A stretch of 60,826 nucleotides of DNA from Burkholderiaceae bacterium (GCA_025055385.1 JANWXE010000081.1:1-60826), one strand, 5' to 3'. Positions 11,608 to 23,226 are shown, counted from the stretch's first letter. Made by a program: numbers and translations. Notes: generated by a model from the sequence alone, not told the origin.

Positions 11608-13038
11608 TTAGCGCGCGCGCCTATGTTGCGCGCGGTTGCCTGCAGTCGGCACAAGGGAGCCGGCCACCATGCCAATGCCGGCCAGCACGAAACCACCCAG
11701 CACGGAGGGCAGCGTTTCGCCAAGCGGCGTAAATTCGAGCAGCGCCCAGCTGGACATGCCAAGCACGATCGACCAGACAGCCCCCTGCGTGGTCGCGCGC
11801 TTCCAGTACAGACCGCACACCAGCGGCCAGAAGGCGCCGACGACTGGGAACTGGTAGGCCTTGGCCACCAGCTCGTAAATGGGTGTGCCTTCCATGCGTA
11901 TCGCGTAGGCGAGCACCGCGAGCGTGAACGCGAGCACGGTGATGCGCATCGCGCGCAGCTCGCGCCGGTCCGACAGGGCGACAAAATTCTTCAGGATGTT
12001 TTCCACGAAGGTGGTGGAGGGCGCCAGGAGTGTGGCGGACGCAGTGGACATGATCGCCGACAGCAGCGCGCCGAAAAACAGGACCTGCAGCCAGGTCGGC
12101 ATGTGCTGCATCACCAGCGTGGGCAGGATCTTCTGCGGATCGTCCTTGTGCAGCGCAGCGGCCGCCTCCGGCATGATCAGGAAGGCGGACAGACCGATGA
12201 ACATCGGCACGAACGCAAACGCGAGGTAAGCTAGGCCGCCGATGATCGGACCGCGCACGGCGGTATCCACATTCCTCGCCGACATCACGCGCTGAAAGAC
12301 GTCCTGCTGCGGAATCGAGCCGATCATGATGGTGATCGCCGCCGACAACCAGAACAGCCAGGCGTGCAGCGTCGGCTCGGGAAAGAACCGGAACATCTCT
12401 TTGCTGGCTGCGTAGTCGATGACCGGCGCCACCCCCCCGGTCAGATTGGCGGCGAAGAGGGCGATCAGGGTCAGGCCGACTACGATGATGAGCATCTGGA
12501 AGAAGTCCGTGAGCGCCACCGACCACATGCCGCCGAAGACCGTGTAGACGAGCACGACCGCCGTGCCGAGCGCCATGCCGGTGGTCACTGAGATTGCCCC
12601 CTGCGACAGCAGCGAGAACACTAAGCCCAGCGCGGTAACCTGCGCGGCGACCCAGCCCAGGTAAGAGATCATGATCACGGCGGCCGAGAAGATCTCCACC
12701 CCGCGTCCGTAGCGCTGGCGGTAGAAATCGCCGATGGTCAGCAGGTTCAGTCTGTAGAGCCGCGCAGCGAAGAACATGCCGACGAAGACGAGGCACAGCC
12801 CCGCGCCGAACGGATCTTCCACCGTCTTCGTCAGTCCGCCGTCGATGAACTTGGCCGGAATGCCGAGCACGGTCTCGGAGCCGAACCAGGTGGCGAAGGT
12901 CGTCGTCACGATCATGATGAGCGGCAGCGAGCGGCCCGCCAGCGCATAGTCGGCGGTGTTGCGCACGCGCATCGCCGCGTACAGTCCAATGCCGATCGAG
13001 GCGAGCAGATATAGGACGATGAAACCGATCAGCGTCAT
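11608..13038 (-). CDS. sodium:solute symporter (SSS) family transporter
   Basis: About 476 aa and polytopic (about 13 TM). SSS-type segments are present (GRSLPLIMIVTTTFATWFGSETVLG, GGMWSVALTDFFQ). Substrate is not assignable. Start MTLIGFIVLY at 13038. Confidence 0.85.
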   Translation of the reverse strand: MTLIGFIVLYLLASIGIGLYAAMRVRNTADYALAGRSLPLIMIVTTTFATWFGSETVLGIPAKFIDGGLTKTVEDPFGAGLCLVFVGMFFAARLYRLNLLTIGDFYRQRYGRGVEIFSAAVIMISYLGWVAAQVTALGLVFSLLSQGAISVTTGMALGTAVVLVYTVFGGMWSVALTDFFQMLIIVVGLTLIALFAANLTGGVAPVIDYAASKEMFRFFPEPTLHAWLFWLSAAITIMIGSIPQQDVFQRVMSARNVDTAVRGPIIGGLAYLAFAFVPMFIGLSAFLIMPEAAAALHKDDPQKILPTLVMQHMPTWLQVLFFGALLSAIMSTASATLLAPSTTFVENILKNFVALSDRRELRAMRITVLAFTLAVLAYAIRMEGTPIYELVAKAYQFPVVGAFWPLVCGLYWKRATTQGAVWSIVLGMSSWALLEFTPLGETLPSVLGGFVLAGIGMVAGSLVPTAGNRAQHRRAR

Positions 13039-13255
13039 GGCGGGCTCCGACGGCACGAGTGTGCGCACGATAAAGCGAACCGCCGCGGTGCTCAACGCCA
13101 GCAGGCCTTTTCGCATCGGCAGTGAGGCGCGGGCGCAACCGAGATTCCGCCAGCGTCTTGCGATAACCGATGGCCTGACCAGCGACCGCGCGAAGTGGCC
13201 GTGTGGGGCGGATGCAGCCCGATGCCAGCGCCAGTGCCGCTTGCCCTGTCATGCT

Positions 13256-14863
13256 TTAGTAAGCCTCTGGCCAGTCGGGACCGCGCCCTGGTAGCGCGAA
13301 GCCGAAGAACGCCCATGCCAGCATCAGCGCGATGGCGGCCATTGAGGTCGCCACAATCAGCAGCAAGCGGTTGCGCCGCTCAGTTTCTCGTCGCAACTGC
13401 CGCAGTTCGGCAAGGATTTGGCGGTGGCGCGTGTCATCGGTGAGCGCCTGATGCACGAGGCGTGGAAGTTGCGGCAGCATCCGGCTCCATTGCGCGGCCT
13501 CGTAGCGCAGCCGCTCCTCCAACCCCTTAAGACCAGCCTGCTCCTGCATCCAGCGTTCGAGAAAAGGCTTGGCCGTCTTCCACAGGTCAAGCTCCGGATT
13601 CAGCTGGCGGCCTAGACCCTCGATAGCCAACAGCGTCTTTTGCAGCAGCACCAGCTGCGGCTGCACCTCGACGTTGAAACGACGCGATGTTTCGAACAGC
13701 CGCAGCAGCACCTGCGCGAAGGAGATATCTTTCAGCGGGCGGTCAAAAATAGGTTCGCAGACGGCGCGAATTGCGCTTTCGAGTTCGTCGACCCGAGTAC
13801 CCGCCGGCACCCAGCCAGATTCGACGTGCAACTCAGCCACCCGCTTGTAATCGCGGCGGAAAAAGGCGAGGAAATTCTGCGCCAGGTAGTTCTTGTCGTT
13901 GTCCGACAGCGTGCCGACGATGCCGAAGTCCAGCGCGATCCAGCGGCCGAAGTCTTCGCCGCTGTCGCCGACATAGATGTTGCCGGGGTGCATGTCGGCA
14001 TGAAAAAAGCCATCGCGCAGCGCTTGTGTAAAGAAGACCTCCACCGCATCGGCGGACAGTCGCTTAATGTCGATGCCGGCCGCACGCAGCCGCTCCACCT
14101 GGCTGACCGGAATGCCGCGCATACGCTCCATGACGAGCACGTTCTCGCGGCAGAAATCCCAATACATCTCGGGTACGCGCAGCAGCCGCGAGCCGGCGAA
14201 ATTGCGCCGCAACTGGGACGCGTTGGCCGCTTCCCGCATCAGGTCCAGCTCATCGTGCAAAATTTTGTCGAACTCGGCGACTACCGCGCGCGGCCGTAAG
14301 CGGCGCCCGTCGCGCCAAAGCCGCTCAACGAGCGCCGCGGCAACCTCCATCAGGGCAAGGTCCTTTTCGATCGCCGCCCGCATACCCGGTCGCAGCACCT
14401 TGACCGCCACTTCCTTGCCGGCGGCTGCACCGAAGGCAGGATCCGCGCGCATGACTGCCAAATGCACCTGCGCGATGGAAGCACTCGCCACAGGTTCCCG
14501 TTCGAAGTGAGCGAACACTTCATCGAGACGTCGACCGAGGCCGCGCTCTATTTCGGCCACCGCGATGTCTGACGGAATCGGCGGGACGCGGTCTTGCAGC
14601 TTGGCGAGCTCGTCGGCAATGTCTGCTGGCAGCAGGTCGCGGCGAGTGGACAGCGCTTGCCCGAACTTCACGAAAATCGGGCCGAGGTCCTCCAATGCTC
14701 GGCGCAGCCGCACGCCACGCGGCTCCGATAAATGACGGCCCAACGAAAGGACGCGCAGCAGCCGGCGCAACCAACCGCTTTTAAGGCCCGCGAACACCAC
14801 TTCGTCGAGACCAAAGCGGTAGACGGTGATGAAGATGCGAGCCAGGCGCAGCACGCGCATCAT
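13256..14863 (-). CDS. ubiB: ubiquinone biosynthesis regulatory protein kinase UbiB (ABC1 family)
   Basis: ABC1/UbiB atypical kinase motifs ([37 protein letters not shown]) and a C-terminal TM pair. It sits downstream of ubiJ. Confidence 0.9.
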   Translation of the reverse strand: MMRVLRLARIFITVYRFGLDEVVFAGLKSGWLRRLLRVLSLGRHLSEPRGVRLRRALEDLGPIFVKFGQALSTRRDLLPADIADELAKLQDRVPPIPSDIAVAEIERGLGRRLDEVFAHFEREPVASASIAQVHLAVMRADPAFGAAAGKEVAVKVLRPGMRAAIEKDLALMEVAAALVERLWRDGRRLRPRAVVAEFDKILHDELDLMREAANASQLRRNFAGSRLLRVPEMYWDFCRENVLVMERMRGIPVSQVERLRAAGIDIKRLSADAVEVFFTQALRDGFFHADMHPGNIYVGDSGEDFGRWIALDFGIVGTLSDNDKNYLAQNFLAFFRRDYKRVAELHVESGWVPAGTRVDELESAIRAVCEPIFDRPLKDISFAQVLLRLFETSRRFNVEVQPQLVLLQKTLLAIEGLGRQLNPELDLWKTAKPFLERWMQEQAGLKGLEERLRYEAAQWSRMLPQLPRLVHQALTDDTRHRQILAELRQLRRETERRNRLLLIVATSMAAIALMLAWAFFGFALPGRGPDWPEAY

Positions 14864-14897
14864 TGACGCACCTTCACCTGCGTGGCGTGCGCGGTGG

Positions 14898-15482
14898 TCA
14901 CCATTGAGCACGCTCCAAACGCTCTATGCGTTTCTGCAGCCGCTCGACGTCATCGCGCAGCGCGGTAACATCACTGGCAAAGGCCTCCGCCTCGGCACGC
15001 CCCACAAGCAGCGGCTGCTCGGTCACCCAATAATCCGCGGTGGCGCGCGCCAGCCGCGCCCCGCCCTGGCGCAGCGCTTGCAGCAGCGCGCGCAGCAGAT
15101 CCACCAGGCGCACAGCAACGGCATCGCCGACTAACCGCGCTAATTCTTCTTCCGGCTCCGGCCGCAGGCGCTCCAGCACAGCGGCCAGCGCCTGCGCGAA
15201 TTCGGCGTCGCCAGTCAAGCGGAGGTTGCGCTTGAGCGCCTGCGAATCAAAAGGCGCCAGCGGCAGTTGCGCCGTATCGATTTGGATCTGCACCTGGGGC
15301 TCACCGCTGCCCACGATGAACGTGCCTTCGCCAGTGATGCCCAACCGCACCGTCAGCGGCGGCACGTCGATCTGCGCTACGCGGCCGGCGTAAGGGGCGA
15401 GCTTTTCGCGCGCCCAGACCTCGCGTTCGAGCAGGCGGTTAAGAAGCGCGGCTGCAACCTCGGAAGCAAGCGGCCCAAGCAT
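14898..15482 (-). CDS. ubiJ: ubiquinone biosynthesis accessory factor UbiJ (SCP2 lipid-binding domain)
   Basis: Start [22 protein letters not shown]-terminal SCP2-like region and a C-terminal coiled coil. It lies immediately upstream of ubiB and overlaps the extended ubiB ORF. Confidence 0.7.
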   Translation of the reverse strand: MLGPLASEVAAALLNRLLEREVWAREKLAPYAGRVAQIDVPPLTVRLGITGEGTFIVGSGEPQVQIQIDTAQLPLAPFDSQALKRNLRLTGDAEFAQALAAVLERLRPEPEEELARLVGDAVAVRLVDLLRALLQALRQGGARLARATADYWVTEQPLLVGRAEAEAFASDVTALRDDVERLQKRIERLERAQW

Positions 15483-15544
15483 CGGATGATGTCCCCGGCA
15501 CCCATGCGACGGGGCGCATTGTCGCAAACCGGCTCGGGGCTCGC

Positions 15545-16219
15545 TCAAAGCGGAGCCTGCGCGCCCTCCCGTGCCATCGATGGTATGGGTTCCGCCGCCG
15601 CGCCCGCATCGGTCGGTAGCCGCCAGCCGGGTTCTTGCATCACCGGCAGCAGCCGCACCTGAAACTCGTCGCGGGTCAGCACGTAGCGATTCAGTCGTGC
15701 CACGCCGCCGTCAGGTAACGGGAAATCCTGCTCGCCTAGGCAATGCAGCCCAAGCTTGGTGAGCAGACGGTTGCTCGCGACGTTGGCCGCAGCGGCGTCA
15801 ATCGCCACAGCCTCGCGCTCCATATTTTCGAAGCTGAACCACAAACCAAAATAGGTGAGTTCCGTGGCATAGCCTCGGTTCCAAACAGCTGGCGCAATCA
15901 GCATGCCGACCTCCGCCACAGCAGGGCGCCGGCGTGACTGACGCACTTCTACGCGCGCCAGGGTATGCCCACTTTGCTTGCACTCTGCGAAGTAGCTGAA
16001 AGCGACCCCCGCTTTCCACGCCGCCAGCGCTGCATCGATGAACTGTTTTGCCTGCAGTGGGATGCGCGGCTGGCGCCATAGCACGTGCTCGTTAAAACGC
16101 GGGTCGCGAGACCACTGCCAGATGGCGTCAGCGTGGTGTTCCGCTACCGGCACGAGGCGCAACCGCGGCGTTTCGAACGGGAAATCAAGCGGAAAACGCA
16201 AAGGCAGCAGAGGACCCAC
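15545..16219 (-). CDS. GNAT family N-acetyltransferase (RimJ/RimL-like)
   Basis: ETPRLRLVPVAEHHADAIWQW at the N-terminus and a NRGYATE acetyl-CoA binding-type segment. About 224 aa with a low-complexity tail. Confidence 0.7.
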   Translation of the reverse strand: MGPLLPLRFPLDFPFETPRLRLVPVAEHHADAIWQWSRDPRFNEHVLWRQPRIPLQAKQFIDAALAAWKAGVAFSYFAECKQSGHTLARVEVRQSRRRPAVAEVGMLIAPAVWNRGYATELTYFGLWFSFENMEREAVAIDAAAANVASNRLLTKLGLHCLGEQDFPLPDGGVARLNRYVLTRDEFQVRLLPVMQEPGWRLPTDAGAAAEPIPSMAREGAQAPL

Positions 16220-16293
16220 GGTCGCCGCGCGACTTCCCGGTCGTTTCAGCAGGTGCGCGGTGGCCTCGCGGCGCGGCTGTTATCCCCGTACCA

Positions 16294-17250
16294 TTAATTG
16301 CTGAGTTGCTGTATTCCCGCAAGTACCCACCCGCCGGGACCTTGCACTGGCTTGGTGAGGTTCCAGACCTCATCGACCTGCTCGATTTCGCCACCAACCC
16401 GCAGGGTGCCGCTGAAGCGCACGCTGGCGACATACTCTTGCGCGGTGGTTTCAATGCCGAGCAATTCGGCATCAAGCGTCACCACCTCGGCGTCCGAGAC
16501 GCTACCGCGCGCGTTCAGCTCGTGAGTTAGCGCCACGAACATTTCGGGCGACGTGAATTCCTCAAGCTCCGCTAAGTCGCCGCGGCTCCACGCCGTCTGC
16601 AACCTCTGAAAGTGCTTTTTGGCCTGCTCTAGGAACGCAGCTGTATCGAAGTCAGCCGGCACACCCCAGGGCTGACGCAGCGTAGCTGCACGGCCGCCCA
16701 TGAATTCGTCGAACGCGGAGCCTGGCCGCACGGCAGGCAATGAACGTACCGCATCTCGCTGTAGGGGCCCCGGAATCGGTGCTGGCTCTGACTCCGGCGC
16801 ATAAGCGGTGCCGTGAGCCGCATCGGCCCCCGGGTAGGCGGGGCGCAGCGCCTGGCCTCGCATCCGGCGCAGTACGAAGCCAACGATCGCGACCACCGCC
16901 AAGGCAACCAGTACTGCCATCAAAACGGCCGTCAGCGTCTCACTAAGACCCAAGTACGCCGCGAGCGCCGCCAGCCCGAGACCAGCAGCCAAGCCAAGCA
17001 ATGCCCCTTTCAGCGGGTTGGGGCGCGCGGTTGCGGCCCCCGCCGAGGCAGGCTGTTGGGCTGCGTTAGCCTGCTCACGTGCGGGCGTTGCCGCCTGCTG
17101 CTGCGGCGTTGCCTGACGCTGCTGCAGCTGCTGCGACTGCTTGCCGATGTTGCGGCCACCCCCAAGCCGGCGCTGCGCCTCGGCGTCCTCCACAGCGAAG
17201 GCCGCGGCGATCACACCAATGATCAAGCTGGCGAAAAATCGTTTCATCAT
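16294..17250 (-). CDS. membrane-anchored Tim44-like domain protein
   Basis: MMKRFFASLIIGVIAAAFAV signal/anchor, a Gln/Ala-rich linker, a double TM segment, and a C-terminal Tim44/NTF2-like domain (FDTAAFLEQAKKHFQRLQTAWSRGDLAELEEFTSPEMF...WVLAGIQQL). Confidence 0.7.
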   Translation of the reverse strand: MMKRFFASLIIGVIAAAFAVEDAEAQRRLGGGRNIGKQSQQLQQRQATPQQQAATPAREQANAAQQPASAGAATARPNPLKGALLGLAAGLGLAALAAYLGLSETLTAVLMAVLVALAVVAIVGFVLRRMRGQALRPAYPGADAAHGTAYAPESEPAPIPGPLQRDAVRSLPAVRPGSAFDEFMGGRAATLRQPWGVPADFDTAAFLEQAKKHFQRLQTAWSRGDLAELEEFTSPEMFVALTHELNARGSVSDAEVVTLDAELLGIETTAQEYVASVRFSGTLRVGGEIEQVDEVWNLTKPVQGPGGWVLAGIQQLSN

Positions 17251-17273
17251 CTGCCCTTCCGTCTTGGTCGATA

Positions 17274-18017
17274 TCAATACTTGCGTCCAATGTGCAGCGC
17301 GCAAATGCCTGCAGCTAGCCTAAACCATTCCACGTCCTCGAAGCCGGCGCATTGCATCATCATCGCCAACTCTTGCGGTGGCGGAAACATGCGAATCGAT
17401 TCCGCCAAATATCGGTAGCTGTCGGCATCACCGGCCACCCGTGCGCCGAGCCACGGTAGCACGTGAAACGAATACGCATCGTAAATAGGGGCAAGCGGCG
17501 CCCACACTCGGGAAAACTCCAAGACCAACACGCGCCCGCCCGGGCGCAGCACCCGATGCATTTCCGCCAGCGCGCGGTCTTTGCGGGTCATGTTACGCAA
17601 CCCGAAGCCGACGCTGACGATGTCGAAGCTCGCGTCCAAAAAAGGAAGCGCCTCGGCGTCGCACTGCACCACCGGTAGCAGGAGCCCTGCATCAAGTGTG
17701 CGGTCGCGGCCGACGCGCAGCATCGCCCCATTAATGTCAGTCAGCCACACCTGTCCCTTGGCGCCCACCTCGCGCGCGAAGGCAAGCGCTAAATCGCCGG
17801 TGCCGCCGGCAACATCCAATACCCGCATGCCGGGCCGTACCGCCGCCAGCTGCACCGTGAATGCCTTCCAGAGGCGGTGTAGACCCACCGACATGAGATC
17901 ATTCATCAGGTCGTAACGGGCCGCGACGGAATCGAACACGCCTGCCACCCGGCGTGCCTTCTCGCGCACGTCGACCTGCTGAAAGCCGAAATCCGTTGTC
18001 TCGCCCGCCTCAGCCAT
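17274..18017 (-). CDS. ubiE: ubiquinone/menaquinone biosynthesis C-methyltransferase UbiE
   Basis: FGFQQV...[29 protein letters not shown] and the SAM motif [12 protein letters not shown] are canonical for UbiE. Confidence 0.95.
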   Translation of the reverse strand: MAEAGETTDFGFQQVDVREKARRVAGVFDSVAARYDLMNDLMSVGLHRLWKAFTVQLAAVRPGMRVLDVAGGTGDLALAFAREVGAKGQVWLTDINGAMLRVGRDRTLDAGLLLPVVQCDAEALPFLDASFDIVSVGFGLRNMTRKDRALAEMHRVLRPGGRVLVLEFSRVWAPLAPIYDAYSFHVLPWLGARVAGDADSYRYLAESIRMFPPPQELAMMMQCAGFEDVEWFRLAAGICALHIGRKY

Positions 18018-18023
18018 GGCGGC

Positions 18024-18440
18024 TCAGTGATGCCCGCAGGGTGGCGCCGCCGCTTGGACGAACTTCGCGTTGCGCGGATCGGCCGGATCGCGACTTGCGC
18101 CGACCGCGTCGAGTCGACGCAGGTAGTCCTCCCAGAGCGCCTGCTGGTTCATCCCCAGTTCGTATAGGTAGGCCCAAGAGTAAATGCCGCTTGAATGACC
18201 ATCGGAGAAAAACGGCTGCAGCGCGTAATGCCCGATAGGTTCCAGCCGTTCGATCGTCACGTCGCGCTTGCCGACTTGCAGGGTTTCCTGTCCAGGGCCA
18301 TGCCCACGCACCTCGGCCGATGGCGAAAACACGCGCAGGAATTCAAACGGCAGGCGGAAAACCTTGCCGTCGTTAAAAGCAATTTCTAGCACGCGCGAGC
18401 GAGCGTGCAAGGTGATTTCCGTCGGTGTCGGTTCGCTCAT
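18024..18440 (-). CDS. DUF971 domain protein (gamma-butyrobetaine hydroxylase-like N-terminal domain)
   Basis: Start MSEPTPTEITLHARSRVLEIAFNDG...FEFLRVFSPSAEVRGHG...IGHYALQPFFSDGHSSGIYSWAYLY is the typical DUF971 pattern. It lies directly upstream of ubiE. Confidence 0.7.
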   Translation of the reverse strand: MSEPTPTEITLHARSRVLEIAFNDGKVFRLPFEFLRVFSPSAEVRGHGPGQETLQVGKRDVTIERLEPIGHYALQPFFSDGHSSGIYSWAYLYELGMNQQALWEDYLRRLDAVGASRDPADPRNAKFVQAAAPPCGHH

Positions 18441-18585
18441 GCGGCTAGCATAGCCGCCGTGCGGAAGTGATGGGAGACCCCACCGGACCCTTGCGCCGAG
18501 GCCAGCGCACCGCCCGCGGGCACCCACGATCGCCGCCTAAGCGAAAGCGGCGGCCAGAAGGCAGCCGCACCGGTGGAGGTCTGTG

Positions 18586-19074
18586 TTAACGCTGCCAGCA
18601 GGAAGCCACCGTTGCGCTACCACTGATGCCACGTACGCCCGCTTGGGTCAACGTCAGCGCACCGCATTCGGGATCGGTGAAGTTGTCGCTGCCGGCCGGA
18701 CAGGCGCCGGCTGCGCCGCACGGCGTTGCGGTCAAGGTGTACTGCTGTCCGGTCGGGAAAGCGACCGTAATCAGATAACTGGCTCGCCCTTCCGCTGGCG
18801 CGACGAGGGTCGGCAGAACAAAATCATTGCCTGCACCTTGCGACTGGCACGCTGCCACCGTGGTCTTGTTGTAACAGCCGTTGGTCGTGAAGTTGCGCTC
18901 TAACGCATTGGCGACATCCAGCAACACGCTTTTGGCGGCCGCCCGTTTAGAGCGGATCATGTAATTGGTATAGCTGGGGATCGCGATCGCCGCCAAAATC
19001 CCGACCACGACGACCACGATCATCAGCTCGATCAGCGTAAACCCGCGTCGGCGGCTGGCAGGCGCTGTTTTCAT
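18586..19074 (-). CDS. pilE: type IV pilin PilE-type (cluster 1)
   Basis: Class III signal RRG|[10 protein letters not shown] with Glu+5. C-terminal Cys pairs and ...[14 protein letters not shown]...CWQR. Its ATG overlaps the pilY1 stop (ATGA at 19071-19074). Confidence 0.85.
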   Translation of the reverse strand: MKTAPASRRRGFTLIELMIVVVVVGILAAIAIPSYTNYMIRSKRAAAKSVLLDVANALERNFTTNGCYNKTTVAACQSQGAGNDFVLPTLVAPAEGRASYLITVAFPTGQQYTLTATPCGAAGACPAGSDNFTDPECGALTLTQAGVRGISGSATVASCWQR

Positions 19075-22000
19075 TGCGTGATCTCCCGCCAGGAATCGCG
19101 GCCCACTTGCGTGAAGCTGCGATTGCGTACCAGTTGGATGTTGCCGGAGGTGCCACTCATTGCTTTAATCGCCGTGGGGCTGCCCTCCATCACATGTGGC
19201 GACTTGACGATGCCTACCGTGGTGAGGATGCCGCTGGCCAAGACGCTATCGAGTGCATTCACGCGCCTGTCACCGTTGGTATCAAATACCGGGTAGTCAA
19301 GGCGCGCCCCAGTCGTCGCCGACACCTCCATCAGCCAGCTGCTGCCGCCGAACTCGCAGGGATCGCTAGACGGTACCACGGTGGTAAAAATCACCCGTCC
19401 GCTACGCACGACCGCCGGCCCGATAACGCGTTCGCCGGTGGACGGCAGGTCCATGTACCAGCCGCGCTTCGTTGTCCAGTCGATCGTGTTCTGCGACACC
19501 GTGCGCACGGTCGTCGGCACGCCGTTGACTGGGATCGTCGTCGTGCTAATCGTCTGCTGCACCAGCTGACTGCGGTCCGTCGTCGTCACACGGGTACCGT
19601 TGTCAAGAATCCCGTAGAAGGTCTGCCGCTGCGTGTCCGTGTTGTCGCCGCTGGCGAAGAAACGGCCGGTGCCGAACAGCACCATGACGCCGTTTACGCC
19701 GGCCGGCGGCTGCGCCAGGCGCACGCGCGCTTGAATAGGTTGCGGCCTGACGTCAGGCAACGGACTGCGCGCGGAAAACAGCGGCGCCGGGGTCGACCCA
19801 TTCCAATACGCCACGTTCCAGGCGCTGGCATTGCTCGACGTCAGATCGAATTTCCAGACGTTGCCCAGCATATCGGTGGCGTAGATGTAGTCGTACGTAT
19901 CATCGCCGTTGGCGTCATACAAAGTAGGGGTTCCCAGGCCGTTGGGGTTGCCGGAGCCGCCCGCCAAGGTGTCGATGCGGCGGATCAAGCGGCCGTCGCT
20001 GACGCGCACCAAATACAGCGACGCCTGCTGGCTGGTGCTGTTGTAGCCATTGCCGAAAGCCGCGACCCATTCGCCGTTGTTAGCCCGGAACACCACCGCA
20101 CTGCCGATCGTGTACCCGAGCCGACTTCCATACTGCGGATCAGCCGCGTCGCCGGGGCGATAAGGCGTGTTGTCGTTGATCTCCCACAAGACGTTGGCCG
20201 GCCCGAAGCTGTCTGGGTTCGTAACGTCCAGCGCGAAGACCGCTTTCGCGCCCGCTCCAGTCGTGCCGACAAGCACGGTCCTCCAGCTGCCGCCAAACTT
20301 CGCGTCGTAGGCGGCCGGGGAGCCGTCCACGTAGTAGCGATGCGCGTATGTAGGCGAGGCCAGTTGCGCCAGGTATGGAATCACCGCAGCCGGCACGTAG
20401 GCGAAGCGTTCCTCGCCAGTCAACGCATCGAACGCGTGCAGCATGCCGTCGTTGGCTCCGACATACACCATCTTGCGACGCGATTGCTTGCTCGTCAGGA
20501 AGGTGCGGTACGTCGCATCAAACGAGGCATAGCCGTAGTTTTCCGTGCCGACGTACGCCGGGTCCGAGTTCACGATGTCGCCCAGTGGGACGCTGCGGTT
20601 ACGGTAGGTGCCGCCGTTGCGCTCTTCATTGCTCGCATCCCCGCGAAGGTAGTTGAGCAGCGCAGTAGAGTTGATATGGCTCCACAGTCCAGCGGCGGTA
20701 AGGTCCGTTTGTGTGAACGCGATGCCCGCGCTGCCGCTCCAGGAGACGATGTTGCGCGCCGCAGGCGCTGGGATCTTGCCCGCGTCGGTTGCTTCCCATT
20801 CGGTATTACCGAGGGAACCGTCAGCGTTGATGCGGTAGGCGGTTAGGCGCCCCGTCCAGTCACCGCTGTTAAAACGCGCCTGGAACAGCAGCGTGTCGGT
20901 GGTGAGACGGGTCGAGTTAGCCGCTAGCGCCGCGCCCGCGCTCTCGCGTTCCAAAATGCGGTTCAGCGCTGTATTCAGCGCATCGGCCATTTCCGACGGG
21001 CGGTCAGCACTGAACGCCTGCCCCCGGCTGTTAATCGCGGCATGCCAGAGATCGTAGACATTGCCTGGCTCGGCATCGTTATAAGTCGGTGGCCATTGGC
21101 CAGCGCCAGACAGTAAATTGGCGTATCCGGGCCCGCTCCAAGTCCCTCCACCCCATCGAATGTCCACGGGCGTCGTGACGCTCATCGCGCGCGTCATCCC
21201 TAGGCCAACTGTAAAGGTGACCAGGTGCTGCCAAGTGGCTGGGTCATTCTTGGGGTTCCAATACTGCTGGTCAGCAGTCCCATTGCGGTCGATTCGATAA
21301 GGAATGAGGTTGTTCGGCAGATCGGGCCGCAGATCGGTTGCCCAGTAATGGAAGGCGATATCGGCTACGTTATTTGACCGCTGCGCCGGCACCGTAGCAC
21401 TTGATGAACGATAGATGGCGGTCAGCGGGGAGGTCACCGAATACACCGTCCCATCTGGCAGCGTGCGCGCTGTGCCGTCGACATCGCCACAGACGGCCCC
21501 GCTGCAGAAAGGTGAGGTATCTGTCTCACTGTTCCAGAAGCCGTCGGTCATTAGGATATGAAAGTTTGGCCGGCAGGAATACTCGGTGCCCACCGAAACC
21601 TGCGGGTTCTCCGCGTACGGGCTGCGCACGCCAGCCGTCGCAGCCGACAGGCGGAAATACTCCCCTGCTCTAGACGCAGCCCCCCGCAGGGGCGTGCCGC
21701 CTTGCGCGCGTAGTCGCATCAACCAACTGTAAAAATTGTTTCGGTGTGCCCCATTAAATACCCGGATGCGGTTATCGACGTTTGGCCCGGTCCAACCGTT
21801 ACAAGCGCCCGCCGCTGCCGTGTAATGAAGCTGGTTACATGAGTTCAGCGATTGCCAGGCAACGCGTGTCGTGGTCGGAATACTTGCCATTGCTCGTGAG
21901 GCAGCCGCGACGGTCATTAAATTGCGCGTCCGATAATATGAGTACCAGATCGCAAAGTTCTGCCGCTCATCTGGGCCGATTGCGGGATTGGTGCCCGAGG

Positions 22001-22664
22001 TCGCGCTTACGATCACCAGCTGGTAGCAATCGTCATCGTGGATTGTCCCGTCGCAGTTTGGCAGCGAGGTGTTGAACCGATAGTAGTAAGCAGGCCCCGG
22101 AGTCGTTGTCTGAAACGGCGTCACTAGTGTGCCCCCGTTGGCGACGCGACCCGCCTGCAACGCCGCCAGGTCTGCAGCAACATTGGCATGCGGTGCGAAG
22201 GTCTGCGTGGTGCTCGCCGGGTTGTACTCGCGCGTCGGCTGATACCCGGTGGCGAGGTTGACGTAACCGCGCGGCGCACCACGACCCGGCCCGCCGTCGG
22301 CAAAGCCGTTAATCGGTGCGTTGTCGAAGGCCGGCGCCGGGAAGGTATACTGCGTACCGTCTGCGTTAATGAAAACCGGTAGCGGATACAGCACGTCCGG
22401 GTTGTAATACAGCGGATTGAACGTCGAGGACTTAAACCGCCGGGTCGCGACGTGATTCACCAGAGAATCCGGCACATACGCCCAAGCCATCGACCCAGAA
22501 TCATCCAGCGTAATCACAATGTTCGGCGGCATCGGTGTGGGCAGGAATGGCGGCGTGTTGGCAATCGTGAACGCCTGCACCGTTTGCCCGTACAGAAGGG
22601 CCGACAGGGCCAGCGCGGCCGTAACGCGCCGCGCAGCGGTAAGGCGCGAAAGTGCTGGGCTCAT
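19071..22664 (-). CDS. pilY1: type IV pilus tip-associated adhesin/biogenesis factor PilY1 (paralog 1)
   Basis: 1197 aa with a signal peptide. N-terminal vWA-like region with a MIDAS DxSxS motif (ITLDDSGSM). C-terminal PilY1/PilC propeller block [25 protein letters not shown]. Located between pilX and pilE. Confidence 0.9.
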   Translation of the reverse strand: MSPALSRLTAARRVTAALALSALLYGQTVQAFTIANTPPFLPTPMPPNIVITLDDSGSMAWAYVPDSLVNHVATRRFKSSTFNPLYYNPDVLYPLPVFINADGTQYTFPAPAFDNAPINGFADGGPGRGAPRGYVNLATGYQPTREYNPASTTQTFAPHANVAADLAALQAGRVANGGTLVTPFQTTTPGPAYYYRFNTSLPNCDGTIHDDDCYQLVIVSATSGTNPAIGPDERQNFAIWYSYYRTRNLMTVAAASRAMASIPTTTRVAWQSLNSCNQLHYTAAAGACNGWTGPNVDNRIRVFNGAHRNNFYSWLMRLRAQGGTPLRGAASRAGEYFRLSAATAGVRSPYAENPQVSVGTEYSCRPNFHILMTDGFWNSETDTSPFCSGAVCGDVDGTARTLPDGTVYSVTSPLTAIYRSSSATVPAQRSNNVADIAFHYWATDLRPDLPNNLIPYRIDRNGTADQQYWNPKNDPATWQHLVTFTVGLGMTRAMSVTTPVDIRWGGGTWSGPGYANLLSGAGQWPPTYNDAEPGNVYDLWHAAINSRGQAFSADRPSEMADALNTALNRILERESAGAALAANSTRLTTDTLLFQARFNSGDWTGRLTAYRINADGSLGNTEWEATDAGKIPAPAARNIVSWSGSAGIAFTQTDLTAAGLWSHINSTALLNYLRGDASNEERNGGTYRNRSVPLGDIVNSDPAYVGTENYGYASFDATYRTFLTSKQSRRKMVYVGANDGMLHAFDALTGEERFAYVPAAVIPYLAQLASPTYAHRYYVDGSPAAYDAKFGGSWRTVLVGTTGAGAKAVFALDVTNPDSFGPANVLWEINDNTPYRPGDAADPQYGSRLGYTIGSAVVFRANNGEWVAAFGNGYNSTSQQASLYLVRVSDGRLIRRIDTLAGGSGNPNGLGTPTLYDANGDDTYDYIYATDMLGNVWKFDLTSSNASAWNVAYWNGSTPAPLFSARSPLPDVRPQPIQARVRLAQPPAGVNGVMVLFGTGRFFASGDNTDTQRQTFYGILDNGTRVTTTDRSQLVQQTISTTTIPVNGVPTTVRTVSQNTIDWTTKRGWYMDLPSTGERVIGPAVVRSGRVIFTTVVPSSDPCEFGGSSWLMEVSATTGARLDYPVFDTNGDRRVNALDSVLASGILTTVGIVKSPHVMEGSPTAIKAMSGTSGNIQLVRNRSFTQVGRDSWREITQ

Positions 22665-22685
22665 CGTCTCGTCCTACTCACATCA

Positions 22686-23216
22686 TTAGGGGCGTACGTA
22701 GGTGCTCTGCACCTGCGCGATAGTGTTCGCGTTGGCGCCGTAACCGACGGCGGTGACCCGGTACACGGTGAGCGTTTCCATCGGCTGCAGCTCGCCGCCT
22801 GCGGGCCTGATTTGAATGTCATGGACCCGCTCGATGATGCAGCGCGGCTGCCGCGCAACGTCGCTCAGTGGTGTCGCAAGCACGCGCACGGCCGCATCGT
22901 GCGTCCAGTTAATCGATTCAAACCATTGCGCGGCGTTGGCCGGCGGCGCCGTGTAGTAACCGCCCGTGTTCTGACTGAAATCGGGTAGACCGGCCACGGC
23001 CGTTAGCACTGACTCGCAGTCGCGCAGCGAAGCCTCTGCCGCCTCGAACGAGCGCAGCCTTTCCCGCGTATTCCCAGACATGCGCTCCTCCAGCGTGGCC
23101 GTCGTGTAAGCGGCGACACCGAGCAAACTCAATACGGCTAGGAATATCAGCCCAATGACCAGGACGGCGCCGCGCTGACGGTGAGGACAAACAGAAGAGC
23201 GCATAGTCCACGTCAT
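22686..23216 (-). CDS. pilX: type IV pilus minor pilin PilX (cluster 1)
   Basis: PilX_N-type N-terminus (QRGAVLVIGLIFLAVLSLLGVAAYTTATLEERMSGN). ATG at 23216 has GAGGA 7 nt upstream. It sits in the pilW-pilY1 gap. Confidence 0.75.
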   Translation of the reverse strand: MTWTMRSSVCPHRQRGAVLVIGLIFLAVLSLLGVAAYTTATLEERMSGNTRERLRSFEAAEASLRDCESVLTAVAGLPDFSQNTGGYYTAPPANAAQWFESINWTHDAAVRVLATPLSDVARQPRCIIERVHDIQIRPAGGELQPMETLTVYRVTAVGYGANANTIAQVQSTYVRP

Positions 23217-23226
23217 CCCGATGTCC

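Noticed and set aside
17455-17470. parS-like GGTAGCACGTGAAACG inside ubiE.
   Set aside because: It matches only 13/16 positions, the left half-site is broken, and it lies within coding sequence. It is likely a chance match to the CACGTGAAAC core.
19074-20846. Long ORFs antisense to, or out of frame with, strongly supported genes. Examples: the 590-aa plus-strand ORF inside pilY1, 11621..13252 (543 aa) inside the SSS transporter, 1229..2203 inside the diguanylate cyclase, 40821..41771 across atpC/atpD, and 58043..59107 across MFS/cspA.
   Set aside because: Their translations are Arg/Ala/Pro/Gly-rich low-complexity strings with no motifs. Each is fully overlapped by a gene with clear family signatures. 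Long open antisense frames are expected by chance in DNA this GC-rich.
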